64,000 nt of DNA from Vicugna vicugna (Eukaryota). Positions 51,286-64,000 of this stretch are shown here, in pieces (positions within the stretch are counted from its first letter, which is position 1; every line of letters starts with the position of its first letter). The translations under genes were made by a program, and so were the position numbers. The notes below the pieces were generated by a model that had not been told where the DNA came from, searched no databases, and worked only from the letters and a program-made list of their open reading frames with translations. The stretch spans positions 1,559,880-1,623,879 of the forward strand of contig MU058669.1 in the NCBI GenBank assembly GCA_013265495.1, in the 5' to 3' direction.

Positions 51286-53289
51286 AGAATGAGAATAATC
51301 TTAGGCAGGGAATACACTCCTCTGCTTACCACTGATGGCACCAGTGCTGGACTCTGTTTTTGCTACCTGTCTCTCCTTTGCTCTCTACTAATCTTCCTTT
51401 AGAATCAAGATGGTATGCAGTGAACTTTACTTGTACCACTAGTCAACTCAATCTTCTGTAAGATGTTATGGAACAGAAGGCCTGCACCATGGGGTGGGGA
51501 GGTGGAGACTGGGTAAGAGCATCTCCCAGCCACACGTTCATCCCAGAGGACAAAGAGCAGCCGGGCAAAGAGCGTGACTTTATGGGAACTTGCCTGGTAT
51601 TCCAGAGCACCTGCCACTGTCCTAACTCTTCAATGGGTGCTACTGAGGTTAGGAAGGAAACTGAGGACAGGATCATACTACTGACAAATCCTTTCTTTTT
51701 TTCCTTTAAACAGGGAGTCTCAGCACCTAGGAATTTATCAAGTAAGTTAGGCTATAGAGGAAAACCAAATGTACAGTGGACAAAACCAATGAGAGGAAAA
51801 TGCATTTCAGCATCCAAAAGGACTGATCGTCAAGAAGCAGTAAGAATTTAAAAGCCAATCTCTGAAAGACCTCAAACAAGTGCCTCTGGAGAGTTATGGC
51901 AGGCTGGTGAAGAGGACAAATTCAGGAACTGCAACTCACATAGCAACTGGCCACTCATCCTGAAAATAAATCCACTCTGGTCCGTATTTATCCAGCAGTT
52001 ACCTTTGATTGCTAAATGATTCTATTCTGCAGCACCTAATGTTTGTTCTCCAATTCTTTGATGTCTAGTGTCAACCAGGCATTTAATAACTGTCAACCAA
52101 GATACTGTATTTGAGAGAATATAGTCAGTGAAAGATTAAATAAGGCACCGCAGCCAGACCACCTACTGTGCAGGAACGTATTCTGCGCTAGAAAATAACA
52201 TTACCAGCCTAAGGATAAAAAGAATTTCAAATGAGAGACTTCGGATTTCCCACCCCGCAATGCAAGGTGTGAGTTTTTACCCTCAGTTAGGATGTGTGTG
52301 GCTTGGCCTAGTTTAAAACGCCCTCCCGGCCCATCCCCTGTCTATCATGGCCTTTGAGACTCACTTCTGCCCAGAAGGTCCCCCGATCAGCCCTGTCACA
52401 CTCAGCATTCTTTGTATCCCAGCTCCTCAAGTCAAAACATTCCGGCCAACAGGAACAGAAGTTAACACTGAACTTCCAATCAGAACACTGCAGCGTGAAT
52501 AATAATTCCCTTCCTCTCTGCCATGTGGCCAGGTGCTTACTGGACCTCAGACCTCGCCATCAGTAAAATGGGGTGTTATGTCAGCGTCTGTGCTCTTACA
52601 GCTGTAACATGTTCAACATGGCCTCTTAACAGCTGTCACATTGTTTTCAATATTTGTGGTTTGTTAAAATGTGACCGGCCCATTAGAGGACTATTACAAG
52701 TAGACTTATGATAAAGAAATACTATAGCAAAAAAGGTTGTATGTGTTCAAGTCCATGCAAGAAGACACATGCCAGTCATGCAGAGAAAAACTGCAAACTG
52801 GAGCATGGTGGCAGTTATGGATAAATAAGAGCAGCTCCAGTGGACAGGTCTGAGCTCTGCCCCATGGCACATGCTGTTTACAGTTGTGCCCTCTTGGCAC
52901 TCCTGGCCTGAGGTCAGTGGTCATCAACCACAAAGTCGGTACAGGAAGTCAGGGAGCGAAGGGGAATCCACGGTGGGATAATCTCTGTAGGTCCCATGAC
53001 ACTTTTAAGACAACTGCCTGTCGTCACATTTGGCCTAGTGAAACCCTGAATATCAAGAGCTACTCAAAAAAACCTGCAGGCTACACACACGCAGAGAGCC
53101 ACACCTCTGCTAGCAGGAAGTGGCTTTCATTGCTGATGGATTCTCTACTTCATGTGAAGGAAACAGCATTCTCAGAAACACTGCTGTTACACAGTTGACA
53201 AAGCAGTAATATTTGTTTTCTTTGATTTTTTCCCCCTTTATTTCTGGTTCACTCTTTTTGTTGATTATATTAAAATAGCAATTGCGATT

Positions 53290-53480
53290 TCTTAGCTATC
53301 AATGCCATGTAAGTATTTTGTATAGCAGTATCTTATTTAATCCTCCCAACCAACCCTTTTCCAGATGAGAAAATGGAAACTTAAGAGAATGAAGTACCAG
53401 GTTCTTTCAAGAATTAATGATTGATAAAGTCAGAATGTGAACCCAGTTTTGTGTGATTCTATCAGGAGAGTTTCTGTGCT
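53290..53480 (-). mobile_element. MIR SINE
   Basis: 'tatcttatttaatcctcccaac...cagatgagaaaatggaaactta'. Confidence 0.65.
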
Positions 53481-55259
53481 GCCCTGCGTTATTCTGTCTC
53501 TGACATTGCCCTTCCCTCTTAGGAACAGATCTACCAACACGGAGAGATCAAGCTGAGTGTCTGCGGCCTCTATCTGGGCTTTTTCACTCGGCATCTGAAG
53601 GCACCTCTGGATTATTTACAATCTCTAATTCATTCTGTTGTATTTCCTGGTCCTCCTCTCACCATAGAAACCAGATAGAAACATACTGAGCCCCAGTGAT
53701 TAATCTGATTTGTGCTCACTTTCTCAGCCTGAGGTCCATCTATTTTCTTTGGCCTATTTCTTAGTGAGTTTAAACTCACTTACTGGGAAATTTCTCAAAG
53801 CCGCTAAGATCTTATTATCAATAGGCCCCATGAGCTGATCTGAAAGACAAAGAGGACATGCAGTGTCATGAATACAGAGCTGTCTCCATGGCCGCGTCTC
53901 ATAACTATGGAGAGAGATGTGGTCTGTCTGACTGGGTAGGGTATTTTCTAAGTGAGATACTCAGGAAAATTATTTTTTATGTGGGTACTTTTTTGAAAGG
54001 TAATGTTTAGAACATTATAATTTAGTTTTAATAGTCTAGTTCTGCTAAAGAAAGCAAATCTTTTGATTATACACCCAACTGTTTTTTTTTTCACAGACTA
54101 TTAAGAAAACCCAAGCACTTTATACATTCCCTTCTTTCCATTGGAAAAAATTACTTCTTAAATAAGAACACTGAAAGCATGTATTCTGCCAGATTTTTTT
54201 ATTCAGGCAGTATAAAATTGAAAACATAGTTTTAATAAAAATTGAATAAACATTAATGAAGGAACTATGTTAAATACCTGAACTCAACTGAAGGCTGGGG
54301 AATTTTTCCCCAATAAAATCCACACCTGCTCACTGCTTGATATTTCACCTGTCCCCTTTTAGTTCTTGTGGTCTCTAAGCCTCTGTAATTGGCGTCTTGG
54401 ATTTACTATTTAGTGAAAGGTCTGAGATCTCCAGTATCCAAATCTGTGGCATGTCTGAAATGCTCGCTTTGGCTGCTTCAGAGAACCACCTGGACTGACT
54501 CAGCTGTGACGCATCTGGATGCACTGGGTATGGGCCAAGTTAAAAAAAAAAACACACTGGATGGAGTTGCATTTCCAGACTCTGGTTATTTTTGCTTTTT
54601 AAATAGTTGGCCATAAAATCATGCATTAGGAAATAGGTTCGATGAGTGGAAACCCTTTCAAAGAATCACCTGTTCTAGTCTTGATTTCCTGTTTTGGAAA
54701 CTCTTCCTCACATCTAGACAAATTTTTTCTTGCTACAATTAGCCAAGAGGCCCCACTGCTTTGTTTAACTTCAGCCTTGACAGGGAAGTCTTCTAGGCAA
54801 TCCTACAAAGTTATAAAACTATTACAATAAAACCATGATCACACAGATAAGATGAGTTTGGGCTAACTGGAGATTTCCAGTAACTGACTGCTGGCTCAAA
54901 AAACATTCTGATCACTGATTATTTACACTGATAATCTGTCTCCAGTATGTCTGATTTCACTATCTAGACATAGCAACTTTTACTCCTGTTTCTGTTCTTT
55001 ATTAGTCTCATTTTTATCTGTGGTAAGTGGTTGGGGTTCATTTCTCTGGACCACCTCCAGTGTTGGCATTGACCTTCTAAAATGGAGAGGCTTAAGAAGG
55101 CAACCATTATTTCACACATCATCCCGTGCTGTATTACTTATATTCCAACTAACATCCCAGGTGACTTTTCAAGCCATGTCCTCATTCATTCATTCTCTGC
55201 TTAACAAGGTTTGCTCTAAACAGAACACTGGGGAATGAAGGTAACTCATCCAAGAAGAT

Positions 55260-56990
55260 TAGGAACTTACAATGGCACATCTCTTAATTGATGACCCATC
55301 ACAAGATATCTAGTTACCTCCTAACCCCCTTCTGAGAAAGGTACCCAAACTGAACTTGCTTGGCTCTTCCTCATCTCAGAAAATGTCACCACTTCCATCC
55401 ATTTTTCAAGCCAAAAACCTAGGAGTCATTCTTGATTACCCTTTTACTCTGCTACAACTGCCAACTCATCAGTAACTCCTAACCTCTCCACCCCCAAATT
55501 ATCTCTCTGACATATCAACTTCTCACAACTCCACTGTGATCAGCCTTTAAAAGTGGATGATTTCTCTCCTGGGTAACAGCTTTCTATCTGCACTCCTGAT
55601 TTTCACTCTTGTCTCATTGCCATCTCTTATTTTTATGCAAATGAAAACACCATAATCTTACACTCAGGGATCACCACCAAGGTTAACACCTTAGTATGTG
55701 TCTTTGTAGATCTTTTTCTACACATATGTGTATACCTGTCTGTGTTGTTTTTTAACCAAAGTGAGAACATAGTATCTCTACTGCTTTGTAACTTGTATCC
55801 TGGTTGATAATATTGCCTCTGCATTTCAGTAATTTTTAAAATTTCTCCAGTGATCTTGAAACGTCGTTACTCCTATTTCCCCCCTATTCCAGGATCATTC
55901 TTTAATCATACTCTTAATCCAGCACCATCCCTTTCTTTTGACTGTGACTTGTTGAAATGATAGGGATAATATTCTTATAATTTCCTCACAAAGAAGTCTG
56001 ACTTTTACTTCTACAAATGTAAATCAGATCAGTTGACTCTCTTTCTTAAACATATTAATGGCTTCTCACTGCATGTGGTCTAAAATCCAAACCCCTACTA
56101 TGGTCCTTGAGGCCTGATTGTCTGCCTTCTGCCCAGCCTCACTGACGTGGTCTTCTAACCACTACTTCCTCCTGCTCACAAAGTACAGATTATAGAGGCC
56201 TCATCTCACAGCCTCAAGGACCCGAAGCCTGTCTTACCTCAACACCTTTGTACTTATCCTCTTCTCGCTGATCTTTTTATAGCCCTCTGGTCTCAGTTCA
56301 AATAGCGCTACTGCTCAGAGTTGTCACTCGTTTTCCAATGTAAAGTCATCATCTTCCTTCATCTCAGTGACCCCTAATGAACCAGGCCCTGTTTTCATGC
56401 ACTTGGGTGGCCCCCGGCACCCTGAGTCTGGGCTTGCACATGTGACTTGATATGGCCAGTGGGACATCAAAAAGTATGACAGCCACATATGCTTAAGAAA
56501 CACCTGCACCGAGGGTCTTGTGTGTTTAACATCCTGCTGCCTCTCTATAGAGAAGCTTGTGAAGGCATACAGAACGATGACAAGGTAAAGACCTTCTGGA
56601 GGATGACAGTGACCTTGGATGAATGCAGTTGCGTAAGTAACTTTGGGATTTCACCTAGAGGAGGAGAACCACTCAGGTGAGTCCAGTCAACTCACAGATT
56701 CATGGGAATTGATAAATTATTGTTTTTAGGCAGCACATGTTGGGTGGTTTTCCCACAACAACTGGTAACTGAAACAGTTCCTCTTCCTTTTAATGCACCT
56801 CACAGCATTTACTGCCATCTGAAATAATCAGACATTTTGTCCACCTGATATAGTCCCTCTCCGGCCACTGTAAATGCCATGAGGACAGAAATTTTGCGAG
56901 ACTGTTACCATTGTATGTTATCTTGAGTGCCTGTGACAGTGCTTGGCACCTAGTAGACACACTCAATAAAATTTTTTTGCTGGATGGATA
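55260..56990 (+). mobile_element. L2 LINE interrupted by an old L1 fragment (~55640-55830) and an MLT1 LTR
   Basis: 'caagccaaaaacctaggagtcattcttga'; 3' end 'acagtgcttggcacctagtagacacactcaataaa'. Confidence 0.8.
56339..56776 (+). mobile_element. MLT1-type MaLR solo LTR
   Basis: 'tctgggcttgcacatgtgacttgatatggccagtggga'; end 'ataaattattgtttttagg...gggtggtt...taactgaaaca'. Confidence 0.75.
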
Positions 56991-57589
56991 AAAAGCTCCA
57001 GGACTCTTAAGAAAAACAATTAGGAAAAATGTGTAAAAGATGAAGTGGAGACGAGTCAAAGATCACTTATGGCGACCTTGTTGTTGTCAACAAAGTGGTA
57101 GCCCAGGGAGGAAAAGACACATGCTGTTTAAAGTCGGCCGGTACAGTAGGAAAGAGTTTGCGAAGTACACCGTTCACAGAGTAAAAGCCCCAAATCCAAA
57201 AACGCCAAAGTCTCAGAAAGGACTCAAAGCCCAGTGTTCCCTGCAAATAAAAGACGCCGGACCGTAAGCATCTGGGTTTGGAGGCGCTCTCCGGAACCCT
57301 GCTGGGGCACTGCTCTCCGTGGTGTTTGGGAAGGTGGCCTGGGGGACAGGTCTGCTCGTCCTGTATAAGCTCTGAGCCGTCACCTGTGCATCTGGACTCC
57401 AGTCGCCTGGTGGTGACCTAGGCCCCCAGACGCCTGGTCTTCACCTTCTATTTTCACTTTTCCATGGCAACATCCTGCCCCTGAGCTGTGAGGTTTTTGT
57501 TTTTTGTTTGTTTGTTTGTTTCCAAACAATACCACCACCCCGTTTTACTCTGTGACACTGACCCATGTACCTACATGGACAAGCTTACC

Positions 57590-57830
57590 AGCCTGTATTC
57601 GTTGTTGACAACATGTCAGGCCCTCTGTTAAGTGATTTCCATGCATTATTTCATTTTAAGCTCATAGCATCACTTAGAGGTAAATACTCTTCTTGTTTCC
57701 ATTGTACTGGTGAAGAAACTGTGCATCAAATAATTTAGGTAACATGTCTAAGGTTAACAGCTAAAATAAGTGCAGAAGTCCTGCTTCAAATCTCTATCTG
57801 CGTATCTGCAAATCTTAGGATCTAATGCCT
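57590..57830 (-). mobile_element. MIR SINE
   Basis: 'catgcattatttcatttta...gaagaaactgtg...ggtaacatgtctaaggttaacagcta'. Confidence 0.7.
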
Positions 57831-58688
57831 TCTCTGTATACTCACTCAACCGCCGTGGGCCTGCACGTGCCAACCTCAGCCTAGTTCTCAACCTGGATAC
57901 CTCTCCTAGCAAATCTCACCGGGAGGCGCCCCATGCCTTTGCAATCAAATAAACTGTCAGGCTTAAGCTGAGAACTAGTGAATGTTTACCTGGTTATGTT
58001 AGACTTCCCAAGTGGCTCAGTACTTTACGCCTTGACTCCCCGAAGAGTACCTACTTTTGCATCTTTCAAATCTGCTGGCAGCTTAGCAGGAATATTATTC
58101 GGGACAGAGGAACTGTAAGAGCTTGGCTATATGAAAAATAACTTCCCCCGTATATGCATTTTGGCATGTTCTGCCCTATGTAAATATTTAGTTATGTTTA
58201 GGAGTGGACAGAGTTGTTTGATTTAGAACCTTAAGCTTAACAAACTCCAAAGAGCATCTACTCCAGGGTTTTTAGTAATATAGCCTTTTCTTTCCATCCT
58301 TTCGTGCAAATAAAAGGTCAGTATCACATTTCTGTGATTTAAGAAGATTTACGTACATGTGGTGGTTGCAGGGGTAGGAATGAGGAGGAGTTAGTGTTAC
58401 GCGGTTCCTTGGCTTTCTCCTTTGGCCAGACCATTGAAAGCCACCTGCTCAGAGTCACAGTTTTCCAGATAATGGTATAGTTACCTGTGAGTTTTGGCAC
58501 CTAGCACTGTGACACCAAAATGCACAACTTAATTTGATGTGTGCACCTCCTCTTCACCTGGGCAGTAGGCAGTGCTTTTTCTTTTCCTGCCTCGGCTGAC
58601 TCTGAGAAAAGAATTGCTTCTCCCTGTTTTCCAGGCCCACCTCCCTGGATTCCCTCGTGGTGCACACTGTTTGCTGCCTCCAGACTGG

Positions 58689-58701
58689 GTTGCCTAGCAA
58701 C
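58689..58701. promoter_or_regulatory. RFX X-box motif (consensus match)
   Basis: GTTGCCTAGCAAC fits GTNRC(C/T)-N0-3-RGYAAC and lies in non-repeat DNA. Function untested. Confidence 0.45.
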
Positions 58702-60149
58702 CAAGCTCTGCAGGCTTCGTAATAGACAAAGCCTTTCCCTTCCAGTCCAACTGCTGCACTAATGCTCACTGTTGACAAGGGAACAACTCCCTGCTGAGCA
58801 TACTCTGTAATCTGGAGGCAGACTTGGGGACTTGGTGCCAGGAGATATGAACATCTCTCCTAAATAGGGAGGAGAAATAGAAGTTGGGGAACCAACTCAT
58901 TTTTGAGCATGGACTATTTCCTGCACTGCGAGATGACGATGCATGCATTTCCACTTGGTCACTCACCAGAAATTATATTACAGAAGGCATTTTGTTAACA
59001 GTGGAACCTGAATTCAGAGAATAATTCACATCATCATCTTCTTGCCCTGTATGACCCACAAAGAAACCATCTAATATTTCAAGGTATACAGTGACACCAT
59101 CTGAAATTATTTCATGCCTGTCAGCCGAGTGGCTCAGACTGAAGCTCCACTGAACTAGAAAGCCTTGAATCCATACAGCATTTTCAAATCCATCTTACTG
59201 GAACTGAATATTGGGCCATCATCAAGGTAGGCAGAACACGGAATGGCATTCCCACTTAATAGAAGATGAGGTGACTCACCCAGAAGTAGACAGGGAAAAG
59301 TAGACAAATCATCTTCAAAGCTGACAAATCAGAGTCCTCTGGCTCCAGGTGCTTGTTCAACTCTGGGACAGATGCATCTTCATGTGGAGAATGAACTGAT
59401 ATTTATGGCTTGCCTGCAGAGAAAGGAGAGCAGAGGGTCATTTTATAAATTAGTAAATAAGCTAGGAGAAGTGTAACAACTTATTCTGGGTTACTCAGCA
59501 AAGTGATGACCCTCTTACCTTTCTGAATCAAGGCTATCAGCCATTAAACACTACATTACTGAGGTCTCCGTGGCTTTATTATGAGACAGCTTGTGGATGC
59601 ATTCAGAAACTTATGCAAGCAATTAAAATTTTAAATACAGAGGAATGATAAAATGCAATTAATACACTCTACTACTGAACATGGCAGGATTTCATAATCT
59701 GTTTTGTTTTCCCAGGACAAAGCAAGATAATAAACTTAATGACGATAGACGTGGCCATTTTCCTCCTTTTTGTGTCTCGTATATATCTGCACAGAGCCTG
59801 GCATAGAGAATTCCTACCATAAATATTTCTACAAATAAACAATAAAAAAATTTTTTAAATGAGAAATCACTGTGTTACTCAATATAGCAAAAAGAGCTTA
59901 TATTCCAATACCCAGCTCATATCATCCCATGAGATTAAATAACACCATCTTAAATTCAAAATCAGGAGGAACTTTCTGGCATTTTAGTATTGCTAAACTC
60001 TTGGAATGTTTTCCAGAAAAAAAATAAAAGATCTTCCCTATAAAACAAGACTAGCCAAACAACTGTAAGCCCAGAACCCATGTAATTTAGTTATAGAACT
60101 GGAGGAAAATCCAGTTAAACCAGAAATGCTCTTCTAGCCTTCCGTATTT

Positions 60150-60154
<5 letters not shown>

Positions 60155-60180
<26 letters not shown>
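60155..60180. repeat. (TG)13 microsatellite at an L1 tail
   Basis: Perfect TG dinucleotide run seen directly. Confidence 0.95.
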
Positions 60181-60585
60181 ATTTTTTTTTATTGAAGTAT
60201 AGTGAGTTTACAATGTTGTGTCAATTTCTGGTGTACAGCACAATGCTTCAGTCATACCTGAACATAACATATATTTATTTTCACCATAACTTACTATAAG
60301 ATATTGAATATAGTTCCCTGTGCTATACAGTATTAACTTGTTGTTTATCTATTTTACATATATTAGTTAGTATCTGCAAATCTCGAACTCCCAATTTATC
60401 CCTTCCCTCCCTGGTAACCATAAATTTGTTTTCTATGTCTGTGAATCTCTTTCTGTTTTGTAAATAAGTTTGTCTTTTTTTTTCTTTAGATTCCACATGT
60501 AAGTGATATATGGTATTTTTCTTTCTCTTTCTGGTTTACTTCACTTAGAATGACAATCTCCAGGTCCATCCATGTTGCTGCAAAT
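60181..60585 (-). mobile_element. Young LINE-1 3' end (~400 bp)
   Basis: 'ttttttattgaagtatagt...caatttctggtgtacagca' to 'ccaggtccatccatgttgctgcaaat'. Confidence 0.95.
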
Positions 60586-60709
60586 TAAACCTCAGTATTT
60601 CATTCTTCTTCCATTCATTATTATTTCATCCTTGAACATAATGATCATCTATGATCTTTGGCGTACCTAGTTCTATAATCTATTATATTTAGGGCAAGTT
60701 TATCATAGC

Positions 60710-60935
60710 ATATAGCATAGTAATCAGGAGTAGAACATTTGCATTCAGACTGGCCTAGGTAAAAGGCCTCTCCCCCTAGTGGCTGTTTGACCCTTAGGCC
60801 TCTTTGAACCAGTTTTCTTATAAGCATAATGGGAATTAGCAAAGCACCTACGTCAATGTGGTCAGAGACATTTAATGAGACAATGCTTGGTAAAACTTTG
60901 AGCTCAGATCTAACGTACAGAGCTAAGTTAGCCAT
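60710..60935 (+). mobile_element. MIR SINE
   Basis: 'atagcatagtaatcaggagtag...ttcagactggcctagg...atttaatgagacaatgc...gttagccatt'. Confidence 0.7.
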
Positions 60936-61629
60936 TAATTTAAATGACCATAGTAAATAATAATAGTTCCAGTAGCTTTAGCTTTATAACTAGTTATTTT
61001 TGGGGGGGAGGACCATATTCTTTGGACAAGATGTCAAGATATCCCAAACTTTTCAGTCAACTCATGGAAATAATTCCTACTGCATTTCCAAGAAACAAGT
61101 ATTCAAACAGCATTTTAAAAACTTTAATACCTTCTAGGCCCAGGGAGAAAATTCTAGAGAAGCATCATTCTAGATTTTTTCAATGAAGGGCTGTGCTGTT
61201 GGTATCCCACTGTCTCCTTTTACCTCCCACCTTCACCACCTGGAAGGAGGAATTACTCAGTACACACTGTTCCTGCCCCTCCCTGTGCTGGACGGGAATG
61301 TACCATGTGTTTCCATCACATACTAGATTCTTCTGACACCATCTGTTCTAAGCCCACAGCACACAGTTTGCCTTGCTGTCACAACTCTATTTGAAAATGT
61401 CGAGAAGAAATGTGATGAATGATTCTGAGGAATGTTGTTTACCTACCAACCATCCACCGCTGAGTGACAGAGACGCGGCTGGCTAACAGTACAGGGCCTC
61501 ACCGTCCTGGGATTCTGCGATTAGCCCTGCCTAACATAGCACAAAGTTTGAATGACAGAGGCAAGGGCTGATTCTAAAGATTTTTAACTCAGCAAGGACA
61601 TGCTGGTACAGATCCTGTCTCACCTCTCT

Positions 61630-61860
61630 TTACTGAGTTCTTAGTTTCCACTAGGCACTGTTTTAATCACCTTCCACACATAACACAATCCTCACAACAC
61701 CCCAACAAGAAGGAAGACACTGTTATCACCTACATGTGTCACTGAGAAACTAGAGGCTTGGGTAGATAAGTTGCTCTTCTCATAGTCACACAGCTAGCAA
61801 ATGGTGGAGTTGGGATGTCAACCCAAGCTGTCTGTCTCCAGACTCTCTGTGTCCATGCCT
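61630..61860 (-). mobile_element. MIR SINE
   Basis: 'aatcctcacaacacccc...tgagaaactagaggc...gtcacacagctagcaaatggtggagttggga...gtctccagactc'. Confidence 0.8.
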
Positions 61861-62110
61861 CCAACAGGAACAGTAAACCAAGAATCAACTGGCTTGTACT
61901 ACGCAGTCCCACTTTTTTGCTCCCTAGAGTTACCATTCTATTTTGCTGTATTACTTCCTTCCAGTTTAGGGAAGGAAGATTATGGGCAGAGACCGTGAAC
62001 TACTTCCATTTACACTTACAAACCCACCCGCCTCATACCACCTTTGATCATGCATAGTGGGTGCTTTGTAAATATCACTGATGGACGGTTCTCCAAATGT
62101 GGACCATTAC

Positions 62111-62243
62111 TAGGGTGGCCACATAATTTATCATTCAAATCAGAGCATGTTTGAAAGGGAAAGGGGTCCTACTGAAAATTATGCTAGGATAATAACTCTA
62201 AACTGAGGCCATCTTGGACAAACTGGACCACATGGTTATCCTT
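62111..62243. mobile_element. MER94/MER81-like hAT-Blackjack MITE
   Basis: 133 bp, termini 'tagggtggccacataatttatc' and 'catggttatcctt'. Confidence 0.75.
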
Positions 62244-62879
62244 GTTAAAACCTTTGTTCTTACTATGTCTATTCTATGTTATGAGTTTCCTCTGAGAAAA
62301 AAAGTTTCCTCTGAGGGACAGACTTTGAAACAGTTAAACTGGAACACCAAAAAATGGAGCCATCTATCCTAAACGCAAACCCAGAAACAGAGACTATCAA
62401 AAAGACAACCTGGATGTCACCCTGATTTTGTTTTCCCTTTTATAAATGTGTTTGTGATTTTTTTTTCCCACTCCTCAGCAGATGCTACCTGACTTGTGCT
62501 CTGGCTAATGTCACTCACGTCAGGAGCATTGCCAAATGCAATGAGGTGCAACTGACACCAAGAAAGATGATGAGCAAGGAGAATGGCAGCTGGCTGCATT
62601 TCCTTCCTGTAGAATTTTAATGAATCAAGGAGCATCCTGATAGAGTGGATTTGTACATGCTAGAAGCAAAGCCGAAAGCCCTCATTCTAAACTCTGAGAT
62701 CTGAGAACCCCAAAGTGGGCTCCACACTCATGACAGGGCTGGATGGGTCCTGAATAGAGGCTGAGGACTGGGGAATACCAGAAGTAGCTACAGAGCTATG
62801 GGGAAGACTGCAGAGAAGGGGTAAAGAAACCTGAGCTCTCCCTCACTCTGCAATACTCATTAGCTCTGTGACTTAGACA

Positions 62880-63450
62880 AAGTATTTGTCATAATCGAGA
62901 CTCTATTAGTAACAAACAAACGCTAATGCCACCTTAAGCAAAAACACTAAAACAAGTAGTTTATTTCAAGGATCCACAGGCATTTCATGGCAGCCAAGGG
63001 TAGGAACGTAGCACAGGGCCTCAGAAGTACTGGATAAGGAAGCTACAAAGGCACTACATGCCTACGAAAGGAGCTTATTTCTTCTTTCATTATTGCTTCA
63101 TTCTGTGAATCTGCTTCTTTCTCACCTTTGTCATTTTTTTGCCACCCATTCTGCCCAGTAGAAGACAAGATAACCCAAGTTTTTATGGTGTTGGTCCAAC
63201 TACAAGGAAAGACTGATTCTCAATTCTTGTTTCTATGTTTAATTCCCAGCCAAAGACCTGATAGGCCTAGCTAGTGTGAGGTGTCCTCCCCAGGCCCAAA
63301 AAGTGTGAACAGAGTGTACGTCAATCTTGGACATCATGCCTGAGGCCCACTTCTATAACCCAGCAGAAGGTGCAGTCATTCCTGTTGCAGGGGGCGCTGT
63401 GTGTGAGCCGAGACATTTTCAGAGGTATCCCATTAGCTTGTATAATGTTA
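62880..63450 (-). mobile_element. Probable old MLT1 LTR
   Basis: 'gactctattagtaacaaac...cttaagcaaaaa...gtttatttcaagg', 'ctgataggcctagctagtgtgaggtgtcc'. Confidence 0.5.
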
Positions 63451-64000
63451 TTCTCTTAACAGCAAAATCTGACTTTTCTTTCTTCATGTGGTTATAAGCC
63501 CTAAATGATACCACTGATAGGAGGGGAAATGTGGAATGCAAATAGCTTTACATCTGTTAGGTACTCGCTTTATCCTTAAGTCACCCCGTGAGTCAGATGT
63601 AAAGCAGTCATATTTAAGCCTATATCCTCTAGATTCCCAAGCTGTAGTCCCCCGTCCATGGATAGCTGGTAGGTTAATGTCACTGCCAGAAAAAAAGAAA
63701 AAACTTCTCCTAATGAGAACGTTGTGGGCTTCGAGTTCACTGACAAGTCAGAACCCTCTACCTTCTCTAGATTTGTAATTGATTCCTTTATTTGCATTAT
63801 GTAAATGGAACCTTGTGTAATTTCATATCCATAATTGTTATCATTAATAAACTCAGTTGTTATTTCTCTGAGCTCTGAGATGCTCAATTATTAGAACTGT
63901 AAACAGAATATAAGGGGTGCAGAAAGCATGAATATCTAGTGATACTGACAGATTTTATTCATAACCTGCCACGATTATTAATATTACTATTAATTTTGGC

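Noticed and set aside
62450..62620. Pyrimidine tract with tandem CAGCAG acceptor and one ~47-codon open frame
   Set aside because: No recognisable homology and no convincing donor; compatible with chance.
63370..63399. CTCF-like motif gcagggggcgctg with upstream tgcagt
   Set aside because: Lacks the conserved CC(A/G) of the core and lies in a probable old LTR.
1..64000. CRISPR arrays, operons, rRNA, an intact ERV/L1, or a novel multi-gene system
   Set aside because: No regularly spaced repeat-spacer array, no long ORFs and no gag/pol/env between LTR pairs. The content is explained by ordinary mammalian repeats plus unique non-coding DNA.

Overview
Mammalian genomic DNA, most likely camelid (Camelus/Vicugna), judging from a tRNA-derived Vic-1-like SINE and artiodactyl-type L1 3' ends. 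The window is AT-rich and dense in interspersed repeats: young and ancient L1, L2, MIR, solo ERV/MaLR LTRs, and Tigger/hAT DNA elements. I found no credible intact protein-coding gene; the recognisable ORFs are decayed L1 ORF2 pieces and the rest look like chance ORFs. The only RNA-gene homologue is a 3'-truncated, tail-less 7SK retropseudogene (46378-46620, minus strand). I cannot support a novel multi-gene system here. The most interesting signals are mechanistic scars: a 39-bp inverted templated insertion apparently copied from a neighbouring L1, a probable L1 3' transduction, two twin-primed (5'-inverted) L1 insertions, a fold-back duplication, and three RFX X-box motifs in unique DNA. Repeat family names are from recall of consensus sequences, not a database search. 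Boundaries of old repeats are approximate.
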